DNA from: Anolis carolinensis | Lineage: Eukaryota | Assembly (NCBI RefSeq): GCF_035594765.1 | Contig: NC_085846.1 | Span: 10,217,190-10,281,189 of the forward strand | Length of the DNA: 64,000 bases | Reading direction: 5' to 3' | Part shown: positions 26,433 to 38,347 of the stretch, one piece after another | Layout: each line of letters starts with the position of its first letter | Numbering within the stretch: the stretch's first letter is position 1 | Notes under the pieces: model-generated | Database searches by the model: none | Told to the model about the DNA's origin: nothing | Seen by the model: only the letters and a program-made list of their open reading frames with translations | Position numbers and translations under genes: made by a program

Positions 26433-26698
26433 GGAGCCTCCGGTGGCCTAGGGGATAAAAGCCTCATGACTTGAAGTTTGGGTTGCTGACCTGAAAGCTG
26501 CCAGGTTCGAATCCCACCCAGGGAGAGCGTGGATGAGCTCCCTCTGTCAGCTCCAGCTCCATGCGGGGACATGAGAGAAGCCTCCCACAAGGATGGTAAA
26601 ACATCAAAATCATCCATGCGTCCCCTGGGCAACGTCCTTGTAGATGGCCAATTCTCTCACTCCAGAAGCAACTCCGGTTGCTCCTGACACGAAAAAAA
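26433..26698 (+). mobile_element. tRNA-derived SINE (AnolisSINE2-like)
   Basis: A/B-box head (GGTGGCCTAG..GGTTCGAATCC), A-tail, TSD AGTGGAGTAAAA. Confidence 0.8.
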
Positions 26699-27096
26699 AG
26701 TGGAGTAAAATGGGGAAGACTATGCAAATATTTCCTTCGGATCCCCACATGCAACTCCTGAACCTTTTCCAAAGCTTTCCCAAATCACTCATTTTTAGGT
26801 TTTTTTTAGGCTGATTATTGGTTTTTATCCTAATGATTCTTATTCCCCTTACTTGGTATGGAAGGTCCATTCTGAACAATTGAGATTTTTTTTTGAAAAG
26901 TATATATTTTTTTTCACATATAAGATTTTTTAAATTTCAAAATCTTTCCAACCTGAATATGAAGCTATTTGTTAATAATGGTATAAATGTCTGAAATGAA
27001 ATTGTGACACATTCCCAAAGACAGAATGATTGAGAATTCAAATCACAATATCTTCTAAACACAAACACACATTGTGAACGTGTATATAGACCTTGC

Positions 27097-27321
27097 CTGG
27101 TTAAACCTGCTGGGCCATTCAATGGCATCTTCATCAATGGTAAGCGATATGTCTGTGGAGGCCTGTGAAACTACACTCCCAACTTTAACGCGGAGAAAAG
27201 ACAGATTTGGGAATGTGACCCAGTTGACAATATCGTACCCACCAACGACTTCTCCATTTTGGTCAAAAGAAACCTCCCCAGCACTATTGTTGAATGACTG
27301 ACTTCTCAGGTAGCGAGGAAT
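27097..27321 (-). CDS. V2R gene C, coding exon 4 (GC donor)
   Basis: 225 bp, open; IPRYLRSQSFNNSAGEVSFDQNG..YDIVNWVTFPN..WPSRFNQ; followed by GCAAGG rather than GT. Confidence 0.92.
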
Positions 27322-27413
27322 CTAAATGGGGAAAACACAGCATATATTCAGTGTTGTACTAGAACTCTGGGAGACAAGACTTTGAATTGCTGCTCTACCA
27401 TAGAAATCTACGG

Positions 27414-27552
27414 CAGTGGTTCTCAACCTTCCTAATGCCGCAACCCTAAATACAGTTCCTCATGTTGTGGTGACCCCCAACAATAATATTATTTTCATTA
27501 CGACTGCATAACTGTGATTTTGCTACTGTTATGAATCATAATGTAAATATCT

Positions 27553-27600
<48 letters not shown>

Positions 27601-28224
27601 CATTCACTGTAACAAATTTGGCACAAATACCCGATACGCCCAAATTTGAATACTGGTGGCGTTGGGGGGGGGGGATTTATTTTTGTCATTTGGGAGTTAT
27701 AGTTGCTGGGATTTATAGTTAACTTACAATCAAAGAGCATTCTGAACTCCACCAGCAATGGAATTGAACCAAACTTGCTACACAGAACTCCCATGACCAA
27801 CAGAACATACTGGAAGAGTTTGGTGGGCATTGACCTTGAGTTTTGGAGTTATGGTTCACCTCCATCCAGAGAGCACTGTGGACTCCAAACAGTGATGGAT
27901 CTGTACAAAACTTGGCATGAATGCTCAAATATGCCCATACGTGAACACTGGTGAAGTTTGGGGGAAATAGATCTTGACATTTGGGAGTTGTAGTTGCTGG
28001 GATTTACAGTTCACCTACAATCAAAGAGCCCCTTGAACACCACTAATGATAGAATTAGGCCAAACTTCCCACACAGACCCCCCTTAACCAACAGGAAGTA
28101 CTGGAGGGATTTGGATCCTGTGATAATCAGAAATATGTGTTTTCTAATGGTCTTTGGTGACCCCTCTGAAACCCCTCTTGCGACCCCCCCCCCGGGGTCC
28201 CGACCCCCAGGTTGAGAAATGCTG
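27414..28224. mobile_element. Non-autonomous hAT-Charlie element with internal repeats and (TA)n
   Basis: TIRs CAGTGGTTCTCAACC / GGTTGAGAAATGCTG; imperfect 8-bp TSD ATCTACGG/GTCTACAG. Confidence 0.78.
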
Positions 28225-28914
28225 GTCTACAGGGAGATATTCCACAAGTCACACTCTCTCAGTCTTTGGGAAAAGCAATAACAAACCCCCTTAGTTGTGT
28301 TAAGAAGGATATTTCTATTGCTTCTCCTGGTCTGAAAAGTGCTACAAGGAATTTTAGTATAAACGTTGATCGGGGATGATGGCAGCCACAGTCGAAAAAA
28401 TTCCCTGTTTTGAAAAACAACTAATGAAAAACAACTATGGCAGACCGAAAAAACAAACGGACTGGAACTTGATAAAAAACTACTTGAAAGAAGAACAAGT
28501 GAAGATGTTGATTTAAGGTTAAGTTCTGCTACTTTAGAAAGACAATAAAAAGGTTAATTAGTAATGGCGCCAGATATAGATAAATAAGAAAAGATATATA
28601 AAAACTGCTTATTGTAACTGTGCAATGGTTGGAAGTCTAGAATCTTTTTCTTTTTAAAAAAATTATATTATCATCTATGGGGTTTTTTTTGTGTCTTTTT
28701 TTGTTTTTGTTTTTAAATTGTTTTTTGCCCTCTTTTTTGTGTAATCATTAATTTCATGGCATTCACTAAGTTTTGTTATGCGTATTATTGTATGTCTGTG
28801 TTTGTCTATTACAATTTAAAAACAACACACACACACACACATATAAAATTCCCAGTTTTGGGAGAGACAGTGGCTGTTGCATCAATGGCTGTGTCTTCTG
28901 CTTAAGGACATTAC

Positions 28915-29775
28915 CTGCCATGACTGCTGTGTTAACATACTCTCTCTCCTTCCAGGTATCACTGTTCTTCTCTTTAATGGGGATGAATGCATGGAATGGA
29001 AAGCATGCGTCAGGGCATAGACGGCATTATAAATGGCATAGCTGTGGCTAGTCATGCTCATTTCAAAGACAGAGCTAGGCAGAGTTACAAGTTTCTCTTC
29101 TCCAGTGCAGATGTTCTCATTTAGTTCATCTATGGCAGGGCCAGGGAACAAGCAATTAAATGCCTCTTCCCAGAAAGCCCTAACAAACCCATCTCCTTTT
29201 TCTAATGTATGGTTTCTTGTCTGCAGAAACTGTCTGAATCCTAACACCTCCTTTGAATGAATAATAAACGATAGAGCACCATGGAGGAAATTTATGTCCA
29301 TAGTTCTTTGAAAGAGGGATGATGTGAAATCGGTGTCTCCTGTCATAATCCAAAGTTTCCCTTTGTCTTGAACTGGTATGCCTTCAAATGTGAAAAAGTT
29401 TTCTACAGTTCTCAACTTGGCCATGCTTTGAACCTCACCATGAAAGATCATGACACGGGCTGTACTGCTGAAGACAAGCCGAAATGTCACAATCCAATCA
29501 GTTATCACCTCAGTGACATCACTGATTAAACTCCTGCCTGGTAATTTCTCAATGATGTCGAAGCAGACGCCGTTCCGGGAAAACAATGGAAGCAGCTTCA
29601 TTACAAATGTCTGCAAACTCTCGACATCTTCATAGATCACGCCAATCCATGTCCACCTAAAATGCAGTAACAATTGGAGAAGCCCCAAATATTGTGTATT
29701 CCCATTTGGGAACATCCAGTGGAAGAAGGCAGCGTTATTCCTGTCATTCTGTTCTGGTGCAGAGCTATAGATGAG
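28915..29775 (-). CDS. V2R gene C, coding exon 3
   Basis: 861 bp, open, canonical splice sites, Venus flytrap motifs (HFRWTWIG, FWEEAFNC, CTGEEKL). Confidence 0.96.
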
Positions 29776-30278
29776 CTGGAAAAAAGCCAAAGGAAAATAA
29801 AATTAAAAGTTTCAGATATATCTAACATATAGCAAGGTGTACTCACATGCACACACAGCATTATCCCCCCCCCCCCTTGCCAGTCTGTAAAAGCCTGACA
29901 GCATAAAATATTTTAACTTGATCTTTCTAAGGAGAGAGTTTCAAAGTCTTGGAGCACTCACTGAGGAGGCCCTCTTCCTTGTTTCTATTACATGAGTCTG
30001 AGAAAGTGGTGGGCGTCCCCTGAAGAGTTTAGAGCTCTAATAGACTCATAAAGGAAGACATGGTCCTTGAAATAACATGGACCCTATGCTCACACCATAT
30101 TGCGATGCGGGAGGAACACTCAGTCTGAAGGCAAGTGGCTTGGAGAGGGAGACATGGCTAAATTTTTCCACCTGTCACAATCTGAAATGCTACACCTGCA
30201 GGAAAAAAATTGACTTAAACCTGGATATACCACCTAGATTTTCCTTCCATCATCCATGTTCCAAGGGGGTCCTCTTAC

Positions 30279-30570
30279 CTCAGTGATTTTGTAGATGCCC
30301 AGGATGTGTGCCATGTGGGAGCAAATGTTGGAGTTAGGTCCCCCAATGACTGCTGGCAAGCTCTTTTGGTCATCACATTTGTAGTTTGGGACAAATCTGT
30401 TCCAAGTGGAGAGAAGTTTCATTGTGGCCAGATAGGTCCAACTTGGATAAAAATTGTTATTATACACATGGAAGCCCACAGTGATGTTTGGCAAGATCTG
30501 GGGATTCTCATTTATCTCCTTTACAGCAAACACCAAGGCCAGGATGTGCTGGTAAAATTGTGTCATTTGT
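30279..30570 (-). CDS. V2R gene C, coding exon 2
   Basis: 292 bp, canonical splice sites, [23 protein letters not shown]. Confidence 0.96.
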
Positions 30571-30634
30571 CTGTAAGGAGAATGATATGCCGCACATCAA
30601 AGCATCTGATTTATATAAAACAATTACATGTCAG

Positions 30635-31114
30635 GGTTGTTGTATGTTTTCCGGGCTGCATTGCCATGTTCCAGAAGTATTCTCTCCTGACGTTTCACCC
30701 ACATCTATGGCAGGCATTGAAAAGCTTCATCTCCTGAAGTAAATAAGAAGCAACACTCTTAAAACATAGGAGTTCCAGACATGATTGACTCAGGGGCAAC
30801 TAACGACTCTAAACAAAGGATGCCCCAAGGCAGGAAAAAATCCAAGAGATGAAGCTTTTCAATGCTAATTTAGGTGATTAACTACAACATTCACACTGGC
30901 CTCCAACTGACAAGAGTTTTCCTCTCTCACCCTGGACTTTCCACAGATATATAAACCTTTCTTGCTTAATTTCTCCATACTTCACAACCTCTGAGGATGC
31001 CTGCCATAGATGTGGGCGAAACGCCAGGAGAGAATACTTCTGGAACATTGCCATGCAGCCCGGAAAACATACAACAACCCTGTGATCCCGACCATGAAAG
31101 CCTTCGACAACACA
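30635..31114 (+). mobile_element. Penelope-like element remnant with inverted pseudo-LTR
   Basis: ~83-bp inverted repeat (30634-30716 vs 30997-31080); 13-bp flanking duplication AATTACATGTCAG; hammerhead motif within the pLTR. Confidence 0.8.
30988..31028 (+). ncRNA. Minimal type I hammerhead ribozyme motif (Penelope-associated), cleavage triplet mutated
   Basis: cct-CTGAGGA-tgcctgccatagatgtgggc-GAAAC-gcc-agg: CUGANGA and GAAA cores, helix II and short helix I. Confidence 0.68.
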
Positions 31115-31569
31115 AATTACATGTCAGATTATTGTTTGCTTGATAAAACATTGGATTATGATGTATTGTAAAGCCGTAGTTCAGGGAAGAGATATTTGTG
31201 ATTTTTCAGACTTAAGTTTTATTGTGTATAATATTTAGTGGGCTCCAACTTACTCATAGCTCCATAATTATATAAATCCTGGAGTGGTGAATATGAGGAA
31301 ATTGTAATTTTAGTAGTCATTGAAGCAAGATACAAACACCCAACACAGATTGTTGGCAAATGGCAGCTAATATATGTAAATATACATTCACAATTATCAG
31401 TGTTCAAACCTGTCACCAAATGATTGTCACTTAATGACTCAAAAGAATGTCAAGATGATATGGTTCCTCTTTACAAATCAGAAATCTGATTTCTGAAACT
31501 AGACAGATGCTATAAAGGAAACTGAAGGGGAAACTGATAAATTATATGCTCAAAACATTCAATGCTTAC

Positions 31570-31844
31570 GATACGTGCTCAATGGACAGCTGATTGGGCT
31601 CTCTCCTGAAATCTCTTTCTTCATAAGTGATGAGGAGCTGGGAAAGGACTCCAGGAATGATCAGATCTCCTGCATGATGATACTCATAAAGAATGGGCAG
31701 AGACTTGCTGACGGCACATTGAGGAATAGGGAGACTCTTGCACACACCCACTGGGAGCAGCACCAAAACCAACGTCAGAAACATCATCAGCTTTGAAGAA
31801 AATAAGTGTTCAGAGAAACAAGCCATCTTTTGTGGCACAGCCAT
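31570..31844 (-). CDS. V2R gene C, coding exon 1; spliced CDS 2682 nt (~893 aa), apparently intact
   Basis: ATG at 31844, signal peptide, GDLII motif, phase-2 GTAAG donor. Confidence 0.92.
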
Positions 31845-32714
31845 TCAGTTCTGTGACACAGTCTGTTGAACATGGATATTCACTTGGTTGGTTGAAAACA
31901 AGAAGAAATGGTGTTGCCAGAACTCCGTCTAGACCCTGAATTCTCCAGGCGTAGAGGGTATTAGTAGCAATCTCAAAGTTTATTTTTCAGTTCTGCTGGT
32001 GGCATATGGAATTCCTTAGGGACTTTAAAAAGAAATCAACATGATTCTAATCTGAAGATTGCTGAGGTGGTAATAACTTATTAGGATGATAGCTATTCCA
32101 GGCAACAACACGTTTCTCATAATGTATGATTTTAACTGTTTTATATTGAGTAATGAATTTTTTTTTTACATTGTTTTGTAAGCTGCCTGGGGTCCCACCT
32201 TGGAAAAGGCAACTTATTAAAACAAACAAACAAGCAAAGACATAGGGAATCATATAGAAGAATTTAGATTTATTATTACTGGAGTAGACTTATTAAAAAA
32301 TATTAACTAATGCATGACTTTATCTGAGTAACTGATAGGTCAGCCTTGGTTTGAAGGGAGACTTCCAGGGAATGGCAGATTATATTCAGAGGGAGGAAAT
32401 GGCAAAGCACTTCTAAGCCGTGAAAATGCTATTCTGAGATGTTAGGGAAAATAATTGCCCTCATTGACAAGGATCTCATCTCCGCCATGAGGAAACCCAT
32501 TTGGCTTAGCAAAGTGTTCAAGGTCTACACTATATAGGGGTTTTCTTGGTGTATGACCCCCTGAAAACATACCAGAAATTATAAAATTCAGACAATAACT
32601 AAAGAGCAAATGTCATGGATTCAGTAAAATGAACAATCAGAGAGGACTCTTTCTGTGCTTATCTTGAGAATGCGCTCAGATTATCTATCCACATTTATCT
32701 ATGCATAGGCGATA

Positions 32715-32860
32715 ACTCGTGACTGAGTATGATGTCTTCAAAGGATAGTGTCTTGGCAATGGGCGTGTAAGTGACCGTAGAGACCTATTCTGGATCCAAG
32801 TGGTCTTTCACAATGAGGACATAGATTTTCAGATGGAAGGCAGTCCCAACAAGGTTTCTC
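32715..32860 (-). mobile_element. RTE-clade LINE 3' fragment
   Basis: CPHC.R...SRIGLYGHL..H terminal zinc-finger-like peptide. Confidence 0.6.
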
Positions 32861-33101
32861 TGTGTCTATTCCACATTTTAAAATTAGCATTAGGCTCATC
32901 TTTAAATCTCTTTTGTTTTCCACTGCCATTCTGTTCTCCATTATTAAGCTGAGAATAGACTTACTGCTTTGGGAGATGTGATTGGACATTCACACAATAT
33001 TGGACTGGTCGAATAAAGTTGGTGGTGGAGGATCATCGCTTCAATGCTGGTGGTCTTTGCTTCTGCAGACTATAATACCGCCATCACTGTAGAATTTGGA
33101 G

Positions 33102-34154
33102 CAGTGATTCCCAAAGTAGGTGTTACCGCCCCCTGGTAGGAGCTGGTGCGATCCAGGGAGGCAGTGATGGCACCTATTAGGACACGGGGGCGGGGCCAGG
33201 GGAGGGGCGGGGCCTCTTCCCAAGTGCTGGAGACAGGGCTGACACCTGAAGTGCCTGTTAAGACAAAGGGGGCGGAGCTAGAGGAGTGGGCGGGGCCTCC
33301 TTCCAAGAGCTCGAGACAGGGCTGAACCTCTATACCTCTCCTGAGAGGCCTTTTAGGACTAAAGGGTGGGGCTAGGGGCGGGGCCTCTTCCCAAGAGCTC
33401 GAGACAGGGGTGAGCCTCTATACCTCTCCTGAGAGGCCTTTTAGGACTAAAGGGTGGGGCTAAGGGTGGGGCCTCTTCTCAAGAGCTCGAGACAGGGCTG
33501 AACCTCTATACCTCTCCTGAGAGGCCTTTTAGGTCTAAAGGGTGGGACTAGGGGCGGGGCCTCTTCCCAAGAGCTCGAGACAGGGCTGAGCCTCTATACC
33601 TCTCCTGAGAAGCCTTTTAGGACTAAAGGGTGGGGCTAAGGGTGGGGCCTCTTCTCAAGAGTGCAAGACAGGGCTGAGCCTCTATACCTCTCCTGAGAGG
33701 CCTTTTAGGACTAAAGGGCGGGGATAGGGGCGGGGCCTCTTCCCAAGAGTGCGAGACAGGGCTGAGCCTCTGTATACCTCCCGAGGCGCTTGTTAGAACA
33801 CGGGGGCGGGGTATAGAGGTTCAGCCCCACCAGGCACTTAAGAAGAGGCCCCACCCCCTCCTCTAGCCCCACCCCCTGTGTCCTGGCAGGTGCCGCAGGA
33901 CAGGGATAGAAGCTCAGCCCTGCCTCAGAGCTCGTAACTCCACCAATCCCAGTCCTGGCCGCCCGTTTGTAGCCCCGCCCACCTCCCCCTCCCCCTCCCA
34001 GCCCTGCATCCTGGCCTAGGGGAGAGGCTCAGCCCCGCCCTCTTAAGCAGGAGCCACGCCCACCCCTCTAAGCCACGCCCCCCTTTCCAGGGGGCGCTGA
34101 GTAATATTTTTTCTGGAAAGGGGGCCGTAGGCCAAATAAGTTTGGGAACCACTG
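33102..34154. mobile_element. Non-autonomous hAT element carrying an 88-bp GC-rich minisatellite
   Basis: TIRs CAGTGATTCCCAAA / TTTGGGAACCACTG; TSD ATTTGGAG/GTCTGGAG. Confidence 0.8.
33225..33800. repeat. 88-bp minisatellite, ~6.5 copies
   Basis: GAGACAGGG unit starts at 33313, 33401, 33489, 33577, 33665 and 33753. Confidence 0.93.
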
Positions 34155-34274
34155 GTCTGGAGTATTCCATCTGATTAGTATTTTTTTTCCTGTATGATTT
34201 TTAGTTGTTTGAACTTGATGGTAAGAATAAGACTTGAATGGCCAAGCTCTTCAATGGAATCAGGGGAGGAAATA

Positions 34275-34597
34275 CAGTAGATTCTCACTTATCCAAGCTA
34301 AACGGGCCGGCAGAAGCTTGGATAAGCGAATATGTTGGATAATAAGGAGGGATTAAGGAAAAGCCTAGTAAACATCAAATTAGGTTATGATTTTACAAAT
34401 TAAGCACCAAAACATCATGTTATACAACAAATTTGACAGAAAAAGTAGTTCAATACGCAGTAATGTTATGTTGCAATTAATGTATTTATGAATTTAGCAC
34501 CAAAATATCACGATATATTGAAAACATTAACTACAAAAATGGCTTGGATTATCCAGAGGCTTGGATAAGCGAGGCGTGGATAAGTGAGACTCTACTG
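34275..34597. mobile_element. Tc1/pogo (Tigger-like) MITE
   Basis: TIRs CAGTAGATTCTCACTTATCCA / TGGATAAGTGAGACTCTACTG with TA flanks. Confidence 0.82.
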
Positions 34598-35826
34598 TAA
34601 TGAAGATTTTGTTTTTATTAGATAGGTTTTTATTAGATATTAGTTCCATACTGAATGGTTTTGGAAGCCATGGGTGGTGGTTCATGGTTGGGTGGTGGGG
34701 AAAATATTTGTATTTTGAATTTTGTATTTTGTATGTTACTTTCACACAACACACACACACAAATATATATATGAATGAATGGGTTCATCCCATCAGATGC
34801 TAACTTGATCCATGGCAGTCTTGACTGATGAGAGGTGCATCGATTGATTGGGCCCAGGGAGTAATAAATGTCTTACTGTGGGCATAACCACTTAGGTCAG
34901 TGTAATATTGTCAAAGAACAAAGCTGTTTCAGTGTGTGGATGATTTAGATAAGACGTTCTGGAGCCAGTCTCATGGAGCTCATATGTAGTACCACAGAGC
35001 TGGCCTTGAATCAGTTCCAAGATCTGCAGTATCTGCAGCTTCACGGTGCAGGAGAAATTGTGGATTTTTAGTTCAATTTTGCATGCTTCAATGTGCATGT
35101 GCGAATCACTGGAGTACCCTTTTCTCAATCAGTTTTGCCATGTGATGTGCATGCTGATGGGCCCTGTTTTGAAGTATCCTCTAAGTTTGTTTGTCACAAT
35201 TTAAAGCCTTTAAAGCACATTGCTGCACAAGTTTATGATGCATGCCATCTAAACACTGTGCTGTCAAGCTACCTTTAAAGCACATTAAGTGGTCCATGTA
35301 GATGTGCTCTGTCATGCGGATGTGCTTGATGATTTGAAGACTCATGAACCCTCTCTTGAAGAAAGCCTTCTCAGATCTGGAGCTATGTGAGAATTACTGC
35401 AATATTAACTCAGTACTCCCTTTGGAAAAGTATTAAGTGTGCATATAATTTCAGACATTTTTGGAAAAAACAGATTACCGTCACCTATTTCAGCCAGAAT
35501 ACCAAAATGTCCTTGTTTGAACAAAATGAGAAGGGTTTCCACTTTGAATTTAAACTGTTGATGATGTTCAAAATACTAAAAATCTTGAATAAGCCCCTTC
35601 TTTATTGACTTTCTTGTTAGGCATCAGGAATCTTTGTACATAGGGTAGGAAATAACTAAATATAAATAAACCAAAGGAATTGACAGCTATCTCAGTCAAT
35701 GACTTACAGAAGTCATTGAGATATGCACACATATAAGAGTGAACTTTGAGCCCCATTAAAAACTGGGAAGAAATTTAGTTAACTGTACAGTACACTTGCT
35801 GATGTTTACTGAGGGCTTTAAGCATT

Positions 35827-36728
35827 TCAGGTTTTTGTCCTTATTAACAGCTTTTTGTTGTTTAGCTCAGGCTTTAGCAATATGATATAGATTTTAGGAG
35901 AAAATATACATATGAGCAATGCTGCACCTGATGCTAGGATGCAGAAGATCTCCACAGTCACCATATTTATTCCTTTTGTACTCAGGTAGGTTGGAATAAA
36001 GGTGAGCCATACACTAGAAAATGCCAACATGCTGAAGGTGATGAACTTGGCTTCATTAAAAATGTCAGGAAGTTTCCTGGCAAGGAAAGCCATGCTGAAA
36101 CTTAGAATAATCAACAGACCAAAAGTGCTGAGGCAACTGTAGAGCATTAGATGTGAACCGGGATTACAATACAGGACAATGTATTTGGCCATTAACTCCA
36201 TATCAGAGTCTAAGAATGGGGGGAAAATGATCAGCCGCACCATACAAATAATGAGTTTAATAAAGGGACAGGAAAACACAATGGAATTGACCAGTGGCTT
36301 GCTCACCCATTTCTTCATTTTGGACTCAGGTGTGGTGGCCTTGAAAACTAGAATCACTGTGATTGTTTTGGCCAACACACATGATAGGGCTACTGTAAAG
36401 AGGACACTAAAAAGACAGTCTCTAAGTAAGCATATGAGATGATTAGGCTGACCAATGAACAAGAAAACACAACTGAACACGAGGAGGAGAGAAATGAGTA
36501 GAACATACGATAGACTGCGGTTGTTAGCTTTGACAATTGCAGTATCCTGGTACTTAAAGAAGATCCCGAGCACCAAAGCTGTGATAAATACAAAGGTGAG
36601 GGAAAGAATGGTTAAACTGACTCCCAAAGGTTCATGGTAAGACAAGAAGATAATATGTTTAGGAATGCATTCATGCTGATCATTGCTTGGGTATTGTCCT
36701 TTCGGGCATTCAAAGCAAGTATCCATGT
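35827..36728 (-). CDS. V2R gene D, coding exon 6 (7TM)
   Basis: 902 bp after a TTTCAG acceptor; [27 protein letters not shown]; TGA stop. Confidence 0.96.
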
Positions 36729-36893
36729 CTGAAAAGAAGAAATGACAGATGGAATGAAAATATAGTTCATTTCAGTGAATGTGCAGTGAATTGAATAACA
36801 CAAAATCAAGGAAATTTACCCAAACTCTGAAAGAAGTAATTGCCACCAACTCCTTAATTTCCATAATTTTAAAAATCTATCCATATATTTTTT

Positions 36894-37203
36894 GGAGCCC
36901 CGGGTGGTGCAGCGGTTAAACCGCTGAGCTGCTGAACTTGCTGACCAAAAGTTTGGTGGTTCGAATCCAGAGAGTGGGATAAGCTCCCGCTGTTAACCCC
37001 AATCTAGCAGTTTGAAAATATGCAAATGTGAGTAGATCAATAGGTACAGCTCCGGCGGGAAAGTAATGGCGCTCCCTGCAGTTATGCTGGCCACATGACT
37101 TTGGAGGTGTCTATGGACAATGCTGGCTCTTAGGTTTAGAAATAGAGACAAGCACTAACCCCCGAACACGACTAGACTTAATGTCAAGGGGAAACCTTTA
37201 CCT
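36894..37203 (+). mobile_element. Sauria SINE
   Basis: tRNA-like head GGAGCCCCGGGTGG..GGTTCGAATCC and (ACCTTT)n tail. Confidence 0.85.
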
Positions 37204-37204
37204 T

Positions 37205-37830
37205 TTTATTATTTTTTCAGCAACATAAGTATTACCATACAATTTCTAAAGACTATGATTTTTTTCCTATACTGCTCATATCATTATTTATTTACATCAA
37301 TTAGTTTTCCCCATACGCCATATTGAAAAACAATCAAATTTTAATAAAATATTAAAATGGACTTCCCACCTCCCACCTCAAAGACACACAGAGAAAATAT
37401 TGTTATAACCCTGCTAATCTATCATTCTAGACAGTTTCTGCATTCCACCTACTGTCTAAATTTTGTTATTCAATCTTCAAAACCTTCAAGGGTTTTAAAA
37501 ATTATCAATTTCTGCCAATTCTAAAACTTTTATCATTCAATTTTCTTTCAGAGGTAGTTCTTTAGTTCTGTATTTTTTGTACATAGAGTAGTCTTTCTGC
37601 AAAATAATCATATGACGTACTGACTCGAAATTCATGGCTTTTGTTTGTCCCAATAAAAATAAAGTTAAACCTAATCGTAACCTGATTTTAAATATATCTT
37701 GTAACAAATTTTGTTCCAATTTCCAATACTCTTTTGCTTTGTTACATGTCCACCACATATAATAGAAAGTACCTTGGTGTGCTTAACATTTCCAACATAT
37801 TTTTTTTTCATGTTTTTATACATCTTCAAC
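37205..37830 (-). mobile_element. Degraded L1 3' fragment
   Basis: H.WWTC.KAKEYW...LFLLG peptide of the L1 ORF2 zinc-knuckle region. Confidence 0.6.
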
Positions 37831-38016
37831 AGTTTGAGGGGAAAAGTAACCAAACCAACACAACACAGTGGTTTGAGCATTGTACTGCAACTCAGAAGAA
37901 CAGATTTAGAATCCCAACTTGGCCATGAATGTGGTGGGTAAATCACACATTCTTGGCCTTAGAAAACCCTATCATAGGTGCCTCAGCTTATATTCGGGTC
38001 GACTTATACTCAAGTA

Positions 38017-38347
38017 AGGTAAAGGTAAAGGTTTCCCCTGACGTTAAGTCCAGTCGTGACCGACTCTGGGGGTTGGTGCTCATCTCCATTTCTAAGCAGA
38101 AGAGCCGGCATTGTCCATAGACACCTCCAAGGTCATGTGGCCGGCATGACTGCATGGAGCGCCGTTACCTTCCCGCTGGAGCGGTACCTATTGATCTACT
38201 CACATTTGCATGTTTTCAAACTGCTAGGTTGGCAGGAGCTGGGGCTAACAGCAGGCGCTCATTCCGCTCCCGGGATTTGAACCTGGAACCTTTTGGTCCG
38301 CAAGTTCAGCAGCTCAGTGCTTTAACAAACTGTGCCACCGGGGCCCC
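38017..38347 (-). mobile_element. Sauria SINE, full length
   Basis: (AAAGGT)n tail on the plus strand, complete body, 9-bp TSD ACTCAAGTA. Confidence 0.9.

Noticed and set aside
33225-33800. Regular repeat array resembling CRISPR
   Set aside because: Eukaryotic context; contiguous units with no unique spacers and no cas genes; it is a minisatellite inside a hAT element
36894-36970. tRNA-like A/B boxes
   Set aside because: Heads of SINEs, not complete tRNA cloverleafs
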